A DNA stretch of 64,000 nt, from contig CDMY01000908.1 of the NCBI GenBank assembly GCA_001179505.1, positions 176,672-240,671 on the forward strand. The letters run 5' to 3'. The DNA comes from Vitrella brassicaformis CCMP3155. Lineage: Eukaryota; Protista; Chromerida. A program made the translations under genes and the position numbers. The notes beneath the pieces are model-generated. The model saw only the letters and a program-made list of their open reading frames with translations. It did not search any database and had not been told where the DNA came from. Shown here piece by piece: positions 44,201 through 55,775 of the stretch. The number at the start of each line of letters is the position of its first letter. Position 1 is the stretch's first letter.

Positions 44201-46705
44201 GACATGTACGGTGATAGGCATGTGAAGACCTCTGTGCGGTGCTGTATATGGCATGTGGGATTTGATGAATTGACATATGAGATCCATACACGCAAACAGT
44301 CTCATCTGATTGAATCCGCAATATCGAAACAGAGCTTTGAGATATAAAATGCAGGCAGCGAGAGAATGCAGCCTCTCGAAGATTGCCTGCACTTGTACAA
44401 GGCAATGAAGCTGCCTTTGCTATTCTGCGCAGACATTCAAGGCACGCTACCCTGCAAGACGCTGCATCTGGTTTTAGATACACACAGAGGGGATAAGAGA
44501 CACCACACACAGTGCACTGGCAAGTGAGTGGACATCGGTGTCAGCAGACGCACCTGCTGCGGCGTATTTGTAAGACACGGAAACCATGAAGACGAATCAC
44601 CACCACACATGTCTCACGGCTGAATCACTTCTTCTGTTTGGCCAGCCCATACAGTCGATCAAAGACGTTCTGCAAGCAGACATTCAAAGGTGTTGCTTAG
44701 TGATACGTCTCTATTGGCTGGCTGCAGGTACTCACCTTTGCATCGCGACCCCTTGGGTTGCTGTATTGGCTCGTGGCTCACATGTTGGGTTGCTGTCCGG
44801 CGAATCCCTGCCCCGGGCCGCCGGCCCCGAAGGCGCCCTGGCCAGGGAAGTTGCCGTAGCCCCGCATGCCCTGGGGGGTGGGGCCGCCGCCCATGCCCAT
44901 GCCCATGCCGCCGCCCATGCCGCCCATGCCCATGCCGCTGCCCACCCTCAACCTGTCCATGTCACCTGCAAAAGGGCGCGAGAGAGACACCTGCAAAAGT
45001 AGAACGACGTGCGTGTCTCTCTCGCGCACCTTCCTTCTGCTGCAACTGCCTTGTCAGCTCAGCCACCTGCCGCTGAGACGCTGAAAATTCGTCTAACACA
45101 CATTCACATGCCCGTATTCACTGTATTCGGCACTGGCTCACCTTGCAGCTCTTCGATGGTTGCCTGTTGCTGGCTGCTCTCTCGTTCGAGAGACTCCATC
45201 CGGAATTTATCTTCGCCACGTTTGCGGCGGAGGTCCAAGATTTCCTGGTCCGCTTCATCGATTTCCTGCTCGGCCTGCTGCCACATTCGGTGCACCTAAA
45301 GTAGCCACACAGACAGGTGCGTGCATGCGAACCCGCCAGAGACAAGCAGATTTCAAGCACGTCTACACGAACATCTGGGTTGACCACCCTGTTTGCGGCG
45401 TTGAGCAGCTCCTGTGCCGTCGGCCTGTCCTGGGGGGCCGCTGTGATGCCTCGCGTGACGAGCGGGCCGAGCGGGCGGGGCAAAGAGAGGGGCAGGAAGG
45501 CTGTGTTCTTCACACCGCCGCCGCTTAGCGAAAACCACTCTCCCAACCACAGCTCGGCGAGGATAACACACGCCCCAAACACATCCATCGACTTATCAAC
45601 GACGGCGGGAGGGCCCGCCTGGTGCTGCGGCGGCTGCTGGGGGACGTTGGGAAAGCCGGGCTGGGCAGGCGGCAGGAGGTTGGTGTTGGCCGACTCCTAG
45701 TGGCACTCGGGCAGCATGTACTCCCTTCTATATCCTGTCTCCAGCTCCACGCCCCTCGCCCACCGATGAATGCTGCTGTCCCGAAGTCAATGAGGTACAC
45801 CTTGTTTGTATCGTCTTCCAGCGGTATGTTATCTGACAGATGGAGACATACAGGCATACACAGAGACTGTGTGTATGCATGTCTCTTGTGCACCTGCTTG
45901 ATGCGCTTCACACCTACCTGGCTTGATGTATTCGCCTGAGTGCATGTAGACAAGGGCCGATAGCACTTGCTTGGCGATAGCAACGAACAGACAGACCGAC
46001 ATCCGCTTCTTGACCAGCTTCTCAAGGCTTTGGGCTTTCAGTATGGGTAGACAATTGCGTTTAGCCCATCGTCAAGCATCAGCCCCTCACAAGGAAGGAT
46101 GTTGGGTTGGCTGAGCCTCGACAAATTGACGGCTGACAACACACACACACAACACACGTACAAACACACACACATGGACAGAGAGGAAGAGAGAGACCAT
46201 GACTGAACAGCGCTATTGTGTTTCGGCCTTGCCACGTCCACCGTATCCATACCTTCCACAGTGGTCCAGGCCATTGGTTGCCGCCATGTTCTTCCCCGAA
46301 ACGCCCGGCGCCACGGCCTTACGTCCTTGTCGTCGGCGATTCTCACAGTCTTCAGGCCGTCGCTCGTGTCCCGAGCTTTGAGCACCTCGGACACCCCTGG
46401 TCACTTGTAGAGGACCTGCACGGTCCTGTATTGCTCGTATTCAGCCCGGCCGATGATGCGCAGCCCCTCTTGCTGTGCCTCGCGGCGAGCATCAGCTGGC
46501 GGAAACGGCCTAGCTCTGCCAGATCTTAAAGCAGGTTCTCCGCTGCTTCTGGGCTCAGGCGCCACCTTGACGCAGCTCGCCGGCCAGCCCATGAGTTGGT
46601 GAAGTCGTGCAGAGTCCTTGGGCAGAAGTCGTCAGCGAACATGGCGTACTGGTGGGCTCGGCCGAGGAAGACATCGAGCGGTTCGTCATGGGCCACGGTG
46701 GGCAG
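44195..46705 (-). pseudogene. Inverted kinase paralog pseudogene
   Basis: Colinear with the 41093 kinase (LPTVAHDEPLDV..., AVNLSRLSQPNI, DFGTAA, MDVFGACV, QDRPTAQELL, HRMWQQAEQEI, AIFERLHSLA). It has in-frame stops (ENLL*DL, VLYK*PGV), frameshifts and loss of HRD (MHSGEYIKP). Confidence 0.85.
44760..44927 (-). repeat. Near-identical 168-bp copy of PABP exon end plus donor site (source 22507-22674)
   Basis: Same sequence and orientation as 22507-22674 with about 3 substitutions seen by eye. Encodes MGGGMGMGMGGGPTPQGMRGYGNFPGQG(A/P)FGAGGPGQGFAGQQPN. Confidence 0.95.
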
Positions 46706-47197
46706 TAGACCTTGTTTGTGCCGTCCTCGACTAAGATGTAATCTGACAGGGAGACGCACAGACATTCGCATAAGACACGTTGACGCATTGACTCGTGCCT
46801 GCTGACTGCGCGGGCTCGATACTTACCGGGTTTTATGTCCCTGTGCACACACTGCTGCGAATGCATGTACGCAAGGGCCGACAGGATCTGCTTGGCGATA
46901 TGGAGGTAGAAAGAGGTGGGCAGGTGCTTTGTCACCATCTTGTCCAGGCTGCGGCCGTGTATGTACGGCATGAAGAGGGCAGTGACGCCGTTGTTTAGCA
47001 TCATGCCCTCGCAGCTGATGATGTTGGGGTGACTGAGCTTGGACAGGTTGATGGCTGATGCAAACACACACACACACACACACGCACAGAGGGAAAGACA
47101 GACGGGCCAGAGGTTGACAGACACAAGTCGCTATCACTTCTGTCCTTCCTACAGACATCATACCTTTGTTCGTGACCCACACCATTGGCCTGCGCCA
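46705..47197 (-). repeat. Near-identical inverted copy of kinase segment 41582-42067 (two introns included)
   Basis: Reverse complement matches 41582-42067 from tggcgcaggccaatgg to ggcacaaacaaggt, introns included, with few differences (e.g. DN to DY in the catalytic loop). Confidence 0.95.
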
Positions 47198-48490
47198 CTT
47201 GTGCGGCGATGGTAATACGAGGTCTGTATGAAGTCCATCAGAGAGCTTTCAGATGTAAAATATAGGCAGCAATCTGGAAGCAGGAGATTGACACGTGTGC
47301 ACGTGTGTGTGTGTGTGTGTGTGTGTGAATGTGTGCGTGAAACTACCGTCGGGGGGCTTGGTGGGTTGGAGGAGCTTGTGTGGGTCGGGTGAGTGAATAT
47401 TGTCACTGCCACCTGAACACGAGACATGAGGACAGAGGCATGACAGATGTGTCCTTCCCTGTGTTGCCAGCGTACCTTCGCTTGCCGTTGGCTGCCGGCG
47501 TTTGAAATCCCGTGTAGCAGGAGGCGTACTCAGCTGGTCGAGTACCAACGGCCTCGGCAGATTCTCCGCTGGTATCTTGTCCGTAGCAACCAATATTCCC
47601 AGCTTGAGTTGCATCGCCAGCCCCTCGGCATGGAATAGCTCCATTAAGAGAGGCAGAACGGGCAGCAGGTGGGTCATGTCCGTGTGTGTCTTGCGGGAAA
47701 AGTATGCCAAGACCATGGGCAGCACCACAGTCAGTGTTCCCCTCTCGTAGGCCTCCTTCAGGACGGTCTCCCAGCTGATTTGAGAGGCGGCAACAGGCGT
47801 GCCCAGCCCCCATGAAATAGCGGAGAGGAAACCCCCGAGGTTCTTGAGGCAGTCTCGGTACGCCTTGTCGTCCTCGTTCTCTGCGGCTGGATCCGCAAAG
47901 TCTAGCAAGCGACGAATGACATCAATCTGAGATCATGCATTGCACATGACGCACATGAGAGGGAATCTGTAGTGTGTCTGTCTGCGTTGCTGACGTGATT
48001 TGGCCTACAAGTGCATGTCTCACGAACTCTTGCTCGACACCCCGATTCAGTCCCTCGACCAGCTGCGCCAAAACAGTGTGGCTTGACGGAAAGCAGGAAG
48101 CCCTCAAGGCGATCAGATGGACGAGCCACTTGAAGTGGTCTTGGGTGATGGCGAGGAGGATTTCGCTCCCCTGAGAAGCAACACACACACGAACACACAC
48201 ACGCATACACGCACACAAACAAAGAAACAACCAACTCGTCTGAGTGTGTGTCGGCCATCATTGTTTGTACTCACCTTGCATCGGGGGCAGCAGCAATTGT
48301 TTCCATCGTTGCCTGAGTCGACATCGGTGACAGAATTCATGGACATTGGAGAGAATTCGAACGACCTCCTCACGAGGTTCCACAATAACCATTTCCTCCC
48401 CAATCCCTTTGAAGCAGACAGATAGGTGGCTGTAACAGCTGATATCATATTGAGGGTCAGTAGGCCATCAGGTTGAGATGGGTCAGCCAT
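47158..48490 (-). CDS. Stand-alone divergent CNOT1 CAF1-binding (MIF4G)-like domain protein
   Basis: HFKWLVHLIALRASCFPSSHTVLAQLV ... CLKNLGGFLSAISW...WETVLKEAYERGTLTVVLPMVLAYF ... LLMELFHAEGLAMQLKLGILV resembles the recalled CNOT1 segment W..YLVMKRVSIEPNFH...LKNLG.WLG...LLEAY..G.L..VVPFV...LAELH....L.LNLKFEIEV. Confidence 0.7.
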
Positions 48491-48708
48491 CTCCCTGTTG
48501 TGCTGCAGCCGAGGTGATGGGGTGGGGGAGGAGGGGAAGGTGGCGGGGCAGGGAGAATGGGATGCGCACGGGCGTTCGTAGGAAGATGATCCTCTTGAAT
48601 GATCCTGCAACCAAAGAGGAAAAAAAAAAGAAAAGAAAAAAAAAGAGAAATCGCGAAATTCTCGACGATTTCCCTGCTCCTCCTTTGGACCTTTTTGTCG
48701 CTCGGGAA

Positions 48709-51700
48709 ATGCACAGGGCCACGACAGAGATGCAGTCGGCCACGGAGGGCCCTCTGTCTTCGTCAAAGACCAGCCCCCTACCCCAGAACTTCAAGGCTGC
48801 TGCCGGGAAGTATCAGCCCATGCTGCGGAACAAGAGTGCCTCGGCCTCGGCATCCGGCATGGACCTGGAGCATTTCGACCACTCCGACGACAGCAACATG
48901 AGCCAGGTGCCCATCATTGGCTTCTTCGAACTCACAGCCCCGGGATTGCAGCAGGTCAGTTAGAGAACACCAGCTGATCTGTTGCTGTGGGGATGATCAT
49001 TCGGTGACGGTCGTGTGTACATGCAGCTTCGAGGCGACCAGAGTATCCCTCTCGGTGCCATATCTATGACCCCCGCCCAGACACGCGAGCAATCGCTTGC
49101 TCCCCCAAAGCAGCCGGGGGTCAACTTTGCCATGGGAGGCAAGAGGCGGACATCTCTGTCGTCTGCAGGGGGCGATCGGGAGAGAATTCCCTTCCGCGAC
49201 GTGTCCATGGTCAGCGGCGGGCGAAGGGGATCTCGTGAGAGCGTTGCAACCACCACGCTTCGCGGAAGGGGTGGTCGATGCGGCGACCTGGTTATAAGAT
49301 GGCAGTCGCTCATCAAGAGGTTGCCGTTCGTTGCTAAGGCCATCACTGCATTCTATCGGTGAGTAAGCGCTTGCAGATGGATACAGCATGCATCTGTGTG
49401 CATCCTCCACCAAATATGATACGTGAACTGTTCAGGATAATATATGTGGTCGACTATTACCTTGATGCGGTTGTGGCTGAGGGTCTGTACGAGCAGGCTG
49501 AGGAGGGCAGCTACCCGTACCTGTTTTACTTGCTGATGGTAAGCTCTATTGACAGCTACACCGACTGAGCACATCGCAAAATGACCTCCCTCTTTCATGT
49601 GTCCATCCGCTGACATCATGGTGGATCAGGTCATTCGATTGTCGTCCCATTCGGCGTACTCGTAGCGCTTCTCTTTGGGGCGTACTCGAAGATTTATGTC
49701 TTTGACCCAGGTAGGTAGCTGTGAAAAGGGACAGGGGGGCTGCAGATGGCAGAGACATTTATCCTTTGTCAATATGTTGTGTCGAGCAGTTCGGAAGTTC
49801 AACAAGATTGAGCGATTCTTCCTGCTGACGTTTTACCCTATCATCGTATCGATTGCATGTCTCACCACCGACATCGCCCTCGCAACATGGTGCCACGCAC
49901 GCCACAGAGCCATTCAGCACAAGCGTCTCACACATTGCGTACAAATTATCTGCTGTCAGGTACGTAGTCAACGATCTGGAGGACACGAAGCTGCTTCAGT
50001 TCTACAACCAATTGCGGTCTCTCGTAGTGACCATCGCAGCCACGCCTATCCAGCTCGGCCTGCAAATTGCAATCATTTTCCTCGCCAATGTACGCGAGCA
50101 ACAGAGGAAGAAGGAAAAATCACATGGGCAGTGGGATGGTGCGGTGCATTCATGCACTTCAGGAGCCGCCATCCGCCGACTTCATGGTGGGTGTTCTGAT
50201 ATCGGTCATCCGAGGGGTGGGCTCTATCAGGTAAGCTAATGGTTGAGGTGAGTGAGACACACATGCTCCCATAGCCGTCTGCTGTCCTCTGATTGCTCAG
50301 TGCGATCGTCGTCAACGCCCACGTGAGACAGCTGAGTGTTTGGAGCTATATGGAGGTGGTCATCAACCTGGGCGTTGGCCAGCTGCCCTTCCTGGGCGGC
50401 ATCAAGAAAGATAAAATAAGATTTGCCACATACGATAACATGGAGCTGGACCCCCTGGTCAGATGAGTCCCACTGACAGCGTCACGGCGGCCATACACAG
50501 ATACGTCGTCTGTCTCATTCTTTGCAGGATTTGGGTCAGCTGAGCAAAGCGCTGAAGGACAACCGATCTCTTGTGGTGCTGAAGGCCAACAACTGCGGCA
50601 TCCAACACATGACGGTCGACCCCATGTTAAGATCTGACTCGGGTAAAAGAGAGGCATACATCACTTGGTCCTTCTTCGTCAACCTGTATCCTTGTCATTT
50701 CAGCACGCTCTCACGTACTGTCGGCCTCGGGTGAGTGCTAGACAGACGGATATACCAGACGGACTCACAGCGACTTCATGTTTGTGTCTTCTCGGTGCAG
50801 GCCGGTCGCGAGCGCAATCCGTCTTCTCAGACAGATCCAGTGGCCTAGATGCACGGCAGGCGGCATACCTAGAAGGAGCAGACGCGCTTGAAGAGCCAAA
50901 GACCGACTACGTAACACACATCCACCCATTGCGCCACAAATTCAATCTCAGATGTGTATTCGGGTTTTTGTGTGTACAGGTCCGGGCCAAGCGGATGTCG
51001 AGCGGCAATGTACCCAGTCGGGGCGTGGCAGCAACCAAGTTCCTGATGGCGTGTGCCAAATCCAAGTCACTGCAGCAGCTTGATCTGGCAGAAAACCAGG
51101 TGAGATCCATCTCATAGAGCACACAGACGACAGGGACGCTTCATTTGGTTTGTGTCTCGTGTTCAGATCCCTCATAAGCCGCTAAAGCGGCTGTTGGCCG
51201 GCAACAAGAAGCTGAAGTCGCTTTCGCTCGCCAACAATAGGCTAGGAGACAAAGGTGAGCGCGTGCACATCCATAAGCTGTATGTGTGTTGACCGCATCT
51301 GATACCTCCTGTATGTTTGTGTGCAGGTGCCGCCACGCTGTGTGAGGGTCTGTGTGAGAACCGCGTCTTGGAGTACCTGGATATCTCCGGCAACGCGATT
51401 CACGGAGACATTGTCCTCACTCTCGCAAATGCCATCGCACAGTCGCAGATCAAATCGCTCGACCTCAACAGAAACTGTCAGTCAGACCGACAACACAGCA
51501 CACCACATGCAGGCCCACAGGCAACGAGCGTCCCTCCCCTCTCTCTCTGTGTGTTGTGCAGTCATCGGCCCGGCCATGACGGTGAAGTTCGTGAGTGTGC
51601 TGAAGGAGGCAGAGAGCGTCTCGCTGCAGCACCTCTCATACGCAGGCAACTTCACCAAGGTCAGAAGCAAAAACCAGCCACAAGTTAGGCATCAACGGTC

Positions 51701-53017
51701 TCTCTCTCCACCTGTCTGTGTGCAGGACAGCGGTGCTCTCGCATTCGCCGAGTGGTTGGAGAAAGAGCCCCCTCCGCCGATGGAGGAGCTGGACTTGAGC
51801 AAAAACTACATCACACGGGAGGGCCTTTTCGGCCTCAAACGTGCCGTTCTCTCGCAGCAGCCAAAGGTCATGGCAAACCTGGTGCTGCTCGATAATCTTA
51901 TCTGGGGTAAGACGGCCACTTGCGAGGGAGAGAGAGAGAGACATGGGTGGCTTCGTCTCAAACGTGCTGTGTAGAGGACACTCTGACAGAGTTGCCGCCC
52001 GACGCGCTGGTGGTCATGTCGGTCAACACAATGCCGCACAAGGAGAAAGAGCCGCCGGCCATGCAGAGGGAAGCGACGGTCGCATCATCCTCAACAGTCA
52101 GGACGGCAGAGGACCTCGAGCTAGAGAGAGCCGAGTTCACCGACTCATACAGGACACACGTCGCACTGCAGGTGGGCGTCCATCCCCACCCATATACAGC
52201 TTTCTGAGCGACATGTGTGTCTTTTCTCCCGCCTCAGGACCACCAGCACAAAAGGTTGTTCGACATTCTCAACGCCATAATCGATTGCCGCATCGAGATA
52301 CACCAAGCCAGGCTTACTGAGCTCGAGGCATCGCCACAACCACCAAAAGACAACAACAACAACGACGACGTTGCAATCGCCATCCGGACTCAGATGTGCC
52401 GGTAGAAGGGCCAATTGCCAGAGTGTCCTTGGAGAACTTCCCGCCTGCCCATGCCCATATCGACGGCAGCCGGCCTGAGAACCAGAGCCAGAGTGTGTCG
52501 GACGTGGGTATGGAGGAGATAGACTTGGAGAGGGCCAGCACTGTGGTTGAGACGCCAGAGCAGCGGATGATGCACCTGCTGGAAGTATATAAGAGACAGA
52601 GGGAGAGAGGGGGAGACACACATTACCCTCTCTGTGTGTGTCTGTGTGTGTGTATAGGAGTTGGTTGGGTATACGATTTTTCATTTCCACGACGAGGAGA
52701 ACATGTTCATCAAGCACCAGCTGCCCGCCAAGCGCATGACGCGCCACGTCCGCTTCCACCAGGCCCTCGTCGAGAAAGTCGGAGACGTCCTGCTCACCGT
52801 CGACTTCACCAGAATGGCGGTCGGTCAGCCTGTGTGTGTCTGTATGTCTCAAAGTGTGTGTGTGTGTGTGTGTTGATGCTCATGCGCGTGTGTGCAGGTG
52901 TGGGACGACTTGATAGCGTTTTTGAAGGACTGGCTGGTGCTGCACATCATCAATGTCGACCAGAAGGACTCTGCGCTCATACTACAGAGGCAGAACAAGT
53001 GGAAGTACATCCCGTGA
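48709..53017 (+). CDS. Multipass membrane - RNI-like LRR - hemerythrin protein
   Basis: About 5 hydrophobic exonic segments (49.3-50.4 kb). LRR exons (SLVVLKANNCGI, SLQQLDLAENQ, LKSLSLANNRLGDKG, LEYLDISGNAI, IKSLDLNRN, MEELDLSKNYI). Hemerythrin motifs DHQHKRLF, LLE|ELVGYTIFHFHDEE, RHVRFH and FLKDWLVLHIINVD. Two junctions (about 49540 and about 52400) are not unambiguously resolved. Confidence 0.75.
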
Positions 53018-54492
53018 GTTTTTCCCCTGACTCCTCGGTTTTCAGGCTGTGTCTCAGCTCGGTCTGTCCTCCTTATTTTTTTGCCTTTGTTGAAGACCGC
53101 AGTGCACGTGTGACGTGTGCGTGGGAGTGTGTCTGTGTGTGTGTTTCTTCTACATGGTGTGATGCTGGGAGCGATGGTCAGTCGGGCGGCCTGCTGTTCG
53201 AGCTCCTCGACGATGAGCTAATTTGCACTGGTTTGAAATGATGACGTATGGGCACTGTCCAGTCCACACGATGATGCAACGATGCATCACCTCACTCCCC
53301 CGCCCCCCCGACCTGTCTGTCTGTCGAGCAGCCTATACACTCATACGATTACGTGTGTATAAGCCAAGTGAGCGTCAGCTGAATCCTCTCGCTCTCAGTT
53401 GTGCCTTCGTTCATTCCCCGGCCCCACTCTCTCTCTCTCTCTCTCTCTTTATTCACACACACTTGTTTGTCTCTCCTCCACTCCAGCTATCCATCGTTCG
53501 TCTATTGACAGACACCGACCGACACAGAAGAGACTGTATTCAGCCACACAAGTAAGTACGTGACCAACACACACACACACACACACAGACACACACAGGC
53601 AGGCAGACTGAGCACTTTTGTGACATACGTACATCCAAGCAAACAAACAAGTAGGGGCAAGTAGGTAAGTCGGCAGGGAGGTCATGTGTGTGCAGCTGAG
53701 GCTCGCTCATCTGTGCGCTCCCCTGCCCACATGCATTCGGGAGGGGGCCCGGCGTACTCAACAGTCCTAATTTGTGCATGCGGTCCAAGCACTGCACACC
53801 AGGCCTGTGTGTATATGGTCACTCATCGACTACACACGCCCATTCGTCTGCCTGTCTGATTACGTACGTACCTTCAGGTGTCTGTGTGGGTGTGTGGGTG
53901 TGCGAGGGATGCAGGAGGCAAAAGCGAAGCAGCAGCAGGAAATGCGCGTACCCATCAATTCCCCTCCCTCCCTCCCTCGCTCCCCATTTGTCGCGCCAAC
54001 CGCCAACCGGCCGACACCCACACCAGGTCGTGTGCGTGTTGGCCTATTGGCCGCCCCCAAACAAACCCACAGAGCAACACACACGTGCAACACAACACGC
54101 AACAGCCACGCACACATGAGTCGAATCGAATTGATTTGGGATTGCTGGTAGCCTGTCTCTCTGTCTGTCTGTGTGGATGGGTGGATGGGTGGCAAAAGCG
54201 GAGGAACAAAATTGCAGCAGCGAAACACAAACACACAGACACCCTCCCTCCCTCCGCCCTTCAGTTGCCGTGTGGTGCGATGAAAGAGTAAAAACAAAAA
54301 GATAACGACAACAAAAATGAGAGTGCGAGAGAGTGCGGTAGAGAGAGTTTGTGTATGTGTGTGTGGATGGCCCCATATAGATGACATAGACAAGGCTTTG
54401 GTTGTCCCATCATCACTTCCCCCCCCCCACCCACCGACCCACACACACACACAGGTACACAGATACACCTGTTTGTTGATGTGTCTGTCTGT

Positions 54493-55316
54493 CTAGCTAC
54501 CCGGCCCCCTCAGCGCCTTCAGCCCCGCCACCTCTCCCACTCCCTCAACGCCGGCGTGCTGCTCCAAGAAGGCCAGACTGACCCTCATAAAGCTGCGGTC
54601 AGCAGCACTCGGTGTCAGGGAGGGCACCAGTCGCCAGGCGTTGGGCAGCAGCACCATCAGCAGCCCCACCAGAAGGCAGCACACAATGACGACGCGCAGC
54701 GTCACCTTGGCCCACTCTACACCGGTCTCGCTCACAAGATCCCCGCCACCGCCCCAGCCGCCCTTGGTGCCCTTGCTGTCGTCCACAGAGGGGTCGTTTG
54801 TGCGTGCGGGAGGGGTGGGCGGGCCCTTGTGGGAGATGCAGGAGAAGGGCGGGATGATGACCCGGATGTCTGTCGATGGGGTGGTGCTGGTCGACGGGGT
54901 TGAGATGGCGGCGGTCAGCTCGTGGTCCTCGGGAATGGTCTCCAGACGGAAGGCCGAGTCGCGAAACGACCGGTAGTGCCGCCGACTCTATGTGACACAC
55001 ACACGCACACGCACAACACCTCTCGCCACCCCCCTGTATGCCTCCCTCCCCCGAATGCGTCACTCACCCGATACGCCCTCATAGCGGCCTTCTGCAGTAG
55101 GTGCGTCCTGGTCTTCCTCGGCCTGAAAGGCACGTAGCGTTTGCCGCCGCCGATGGGCGCGAGTGGGGAGAGTCCCGCAGAGTGGGCCTCCGTCAGGCGG
55201 CTCAGGCCCTTGCTGACGACATACTTGAGCGATGCGGGAGGGAGGAAGGGATCAGGAGAGTCTGAGGATGACGCCGCGAAGTCTGTGAGGCTGATGGTGC
55301 TGCCCCAATCAGGCAT
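54493..55316 (-). CDS. Hypothetical single-pass membrane protein
   Basis: Two exons; TM segment VTLRVVIVCCLLVGLLMVLLP in the terminal exon. Confidence 0.5.
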
Positions 55317-55775
55317 CGCAGCCCCAGAGGGATCAGGGTGTGGCAGTTAGCGCCCGTTCCCTCGGGGAACTGCAGGTTGTCAACTTGTCCTTATTCCACG
55401 TCTGTGTGATCAGAGAGAGGAGGGGAAGCTGTTCTTGTGATGCGGAAGAGAGGAAAGGCGAAGGAAGAGCGAAGTTGATGTTTTGTTTGGGCGCGCTCAC
55501 AAACGGCCGTTACGGCGACTGTTGTTTCTGTTCGTCCTTTAGTCACATGTGCACGATGGTTCGTCACGCTTTCTCATTCACTCCCATTGAGCGATCCATC
55601 CATCCAGTCGCCGGCCATGTGGTCCTGGACTGAATGTACTCTTCATGTCGAGTCTCACAGCCTGTCTGTGCGATTTGTTTCTCTGGTGTCTGCCTTCTCT
55701 GTGCGTCATTTTATATTTGTTTCACTCATCTATACGAAAAACCCATCACCAGAGGGTCAACCACCGCCAACACAC

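Noticed and set aside
44195-48490. Autonomous transposon or Helitron
   Set aside because: No transposase, RT or Rep/helicase motifs, TIRs or TSDs were found by eye.
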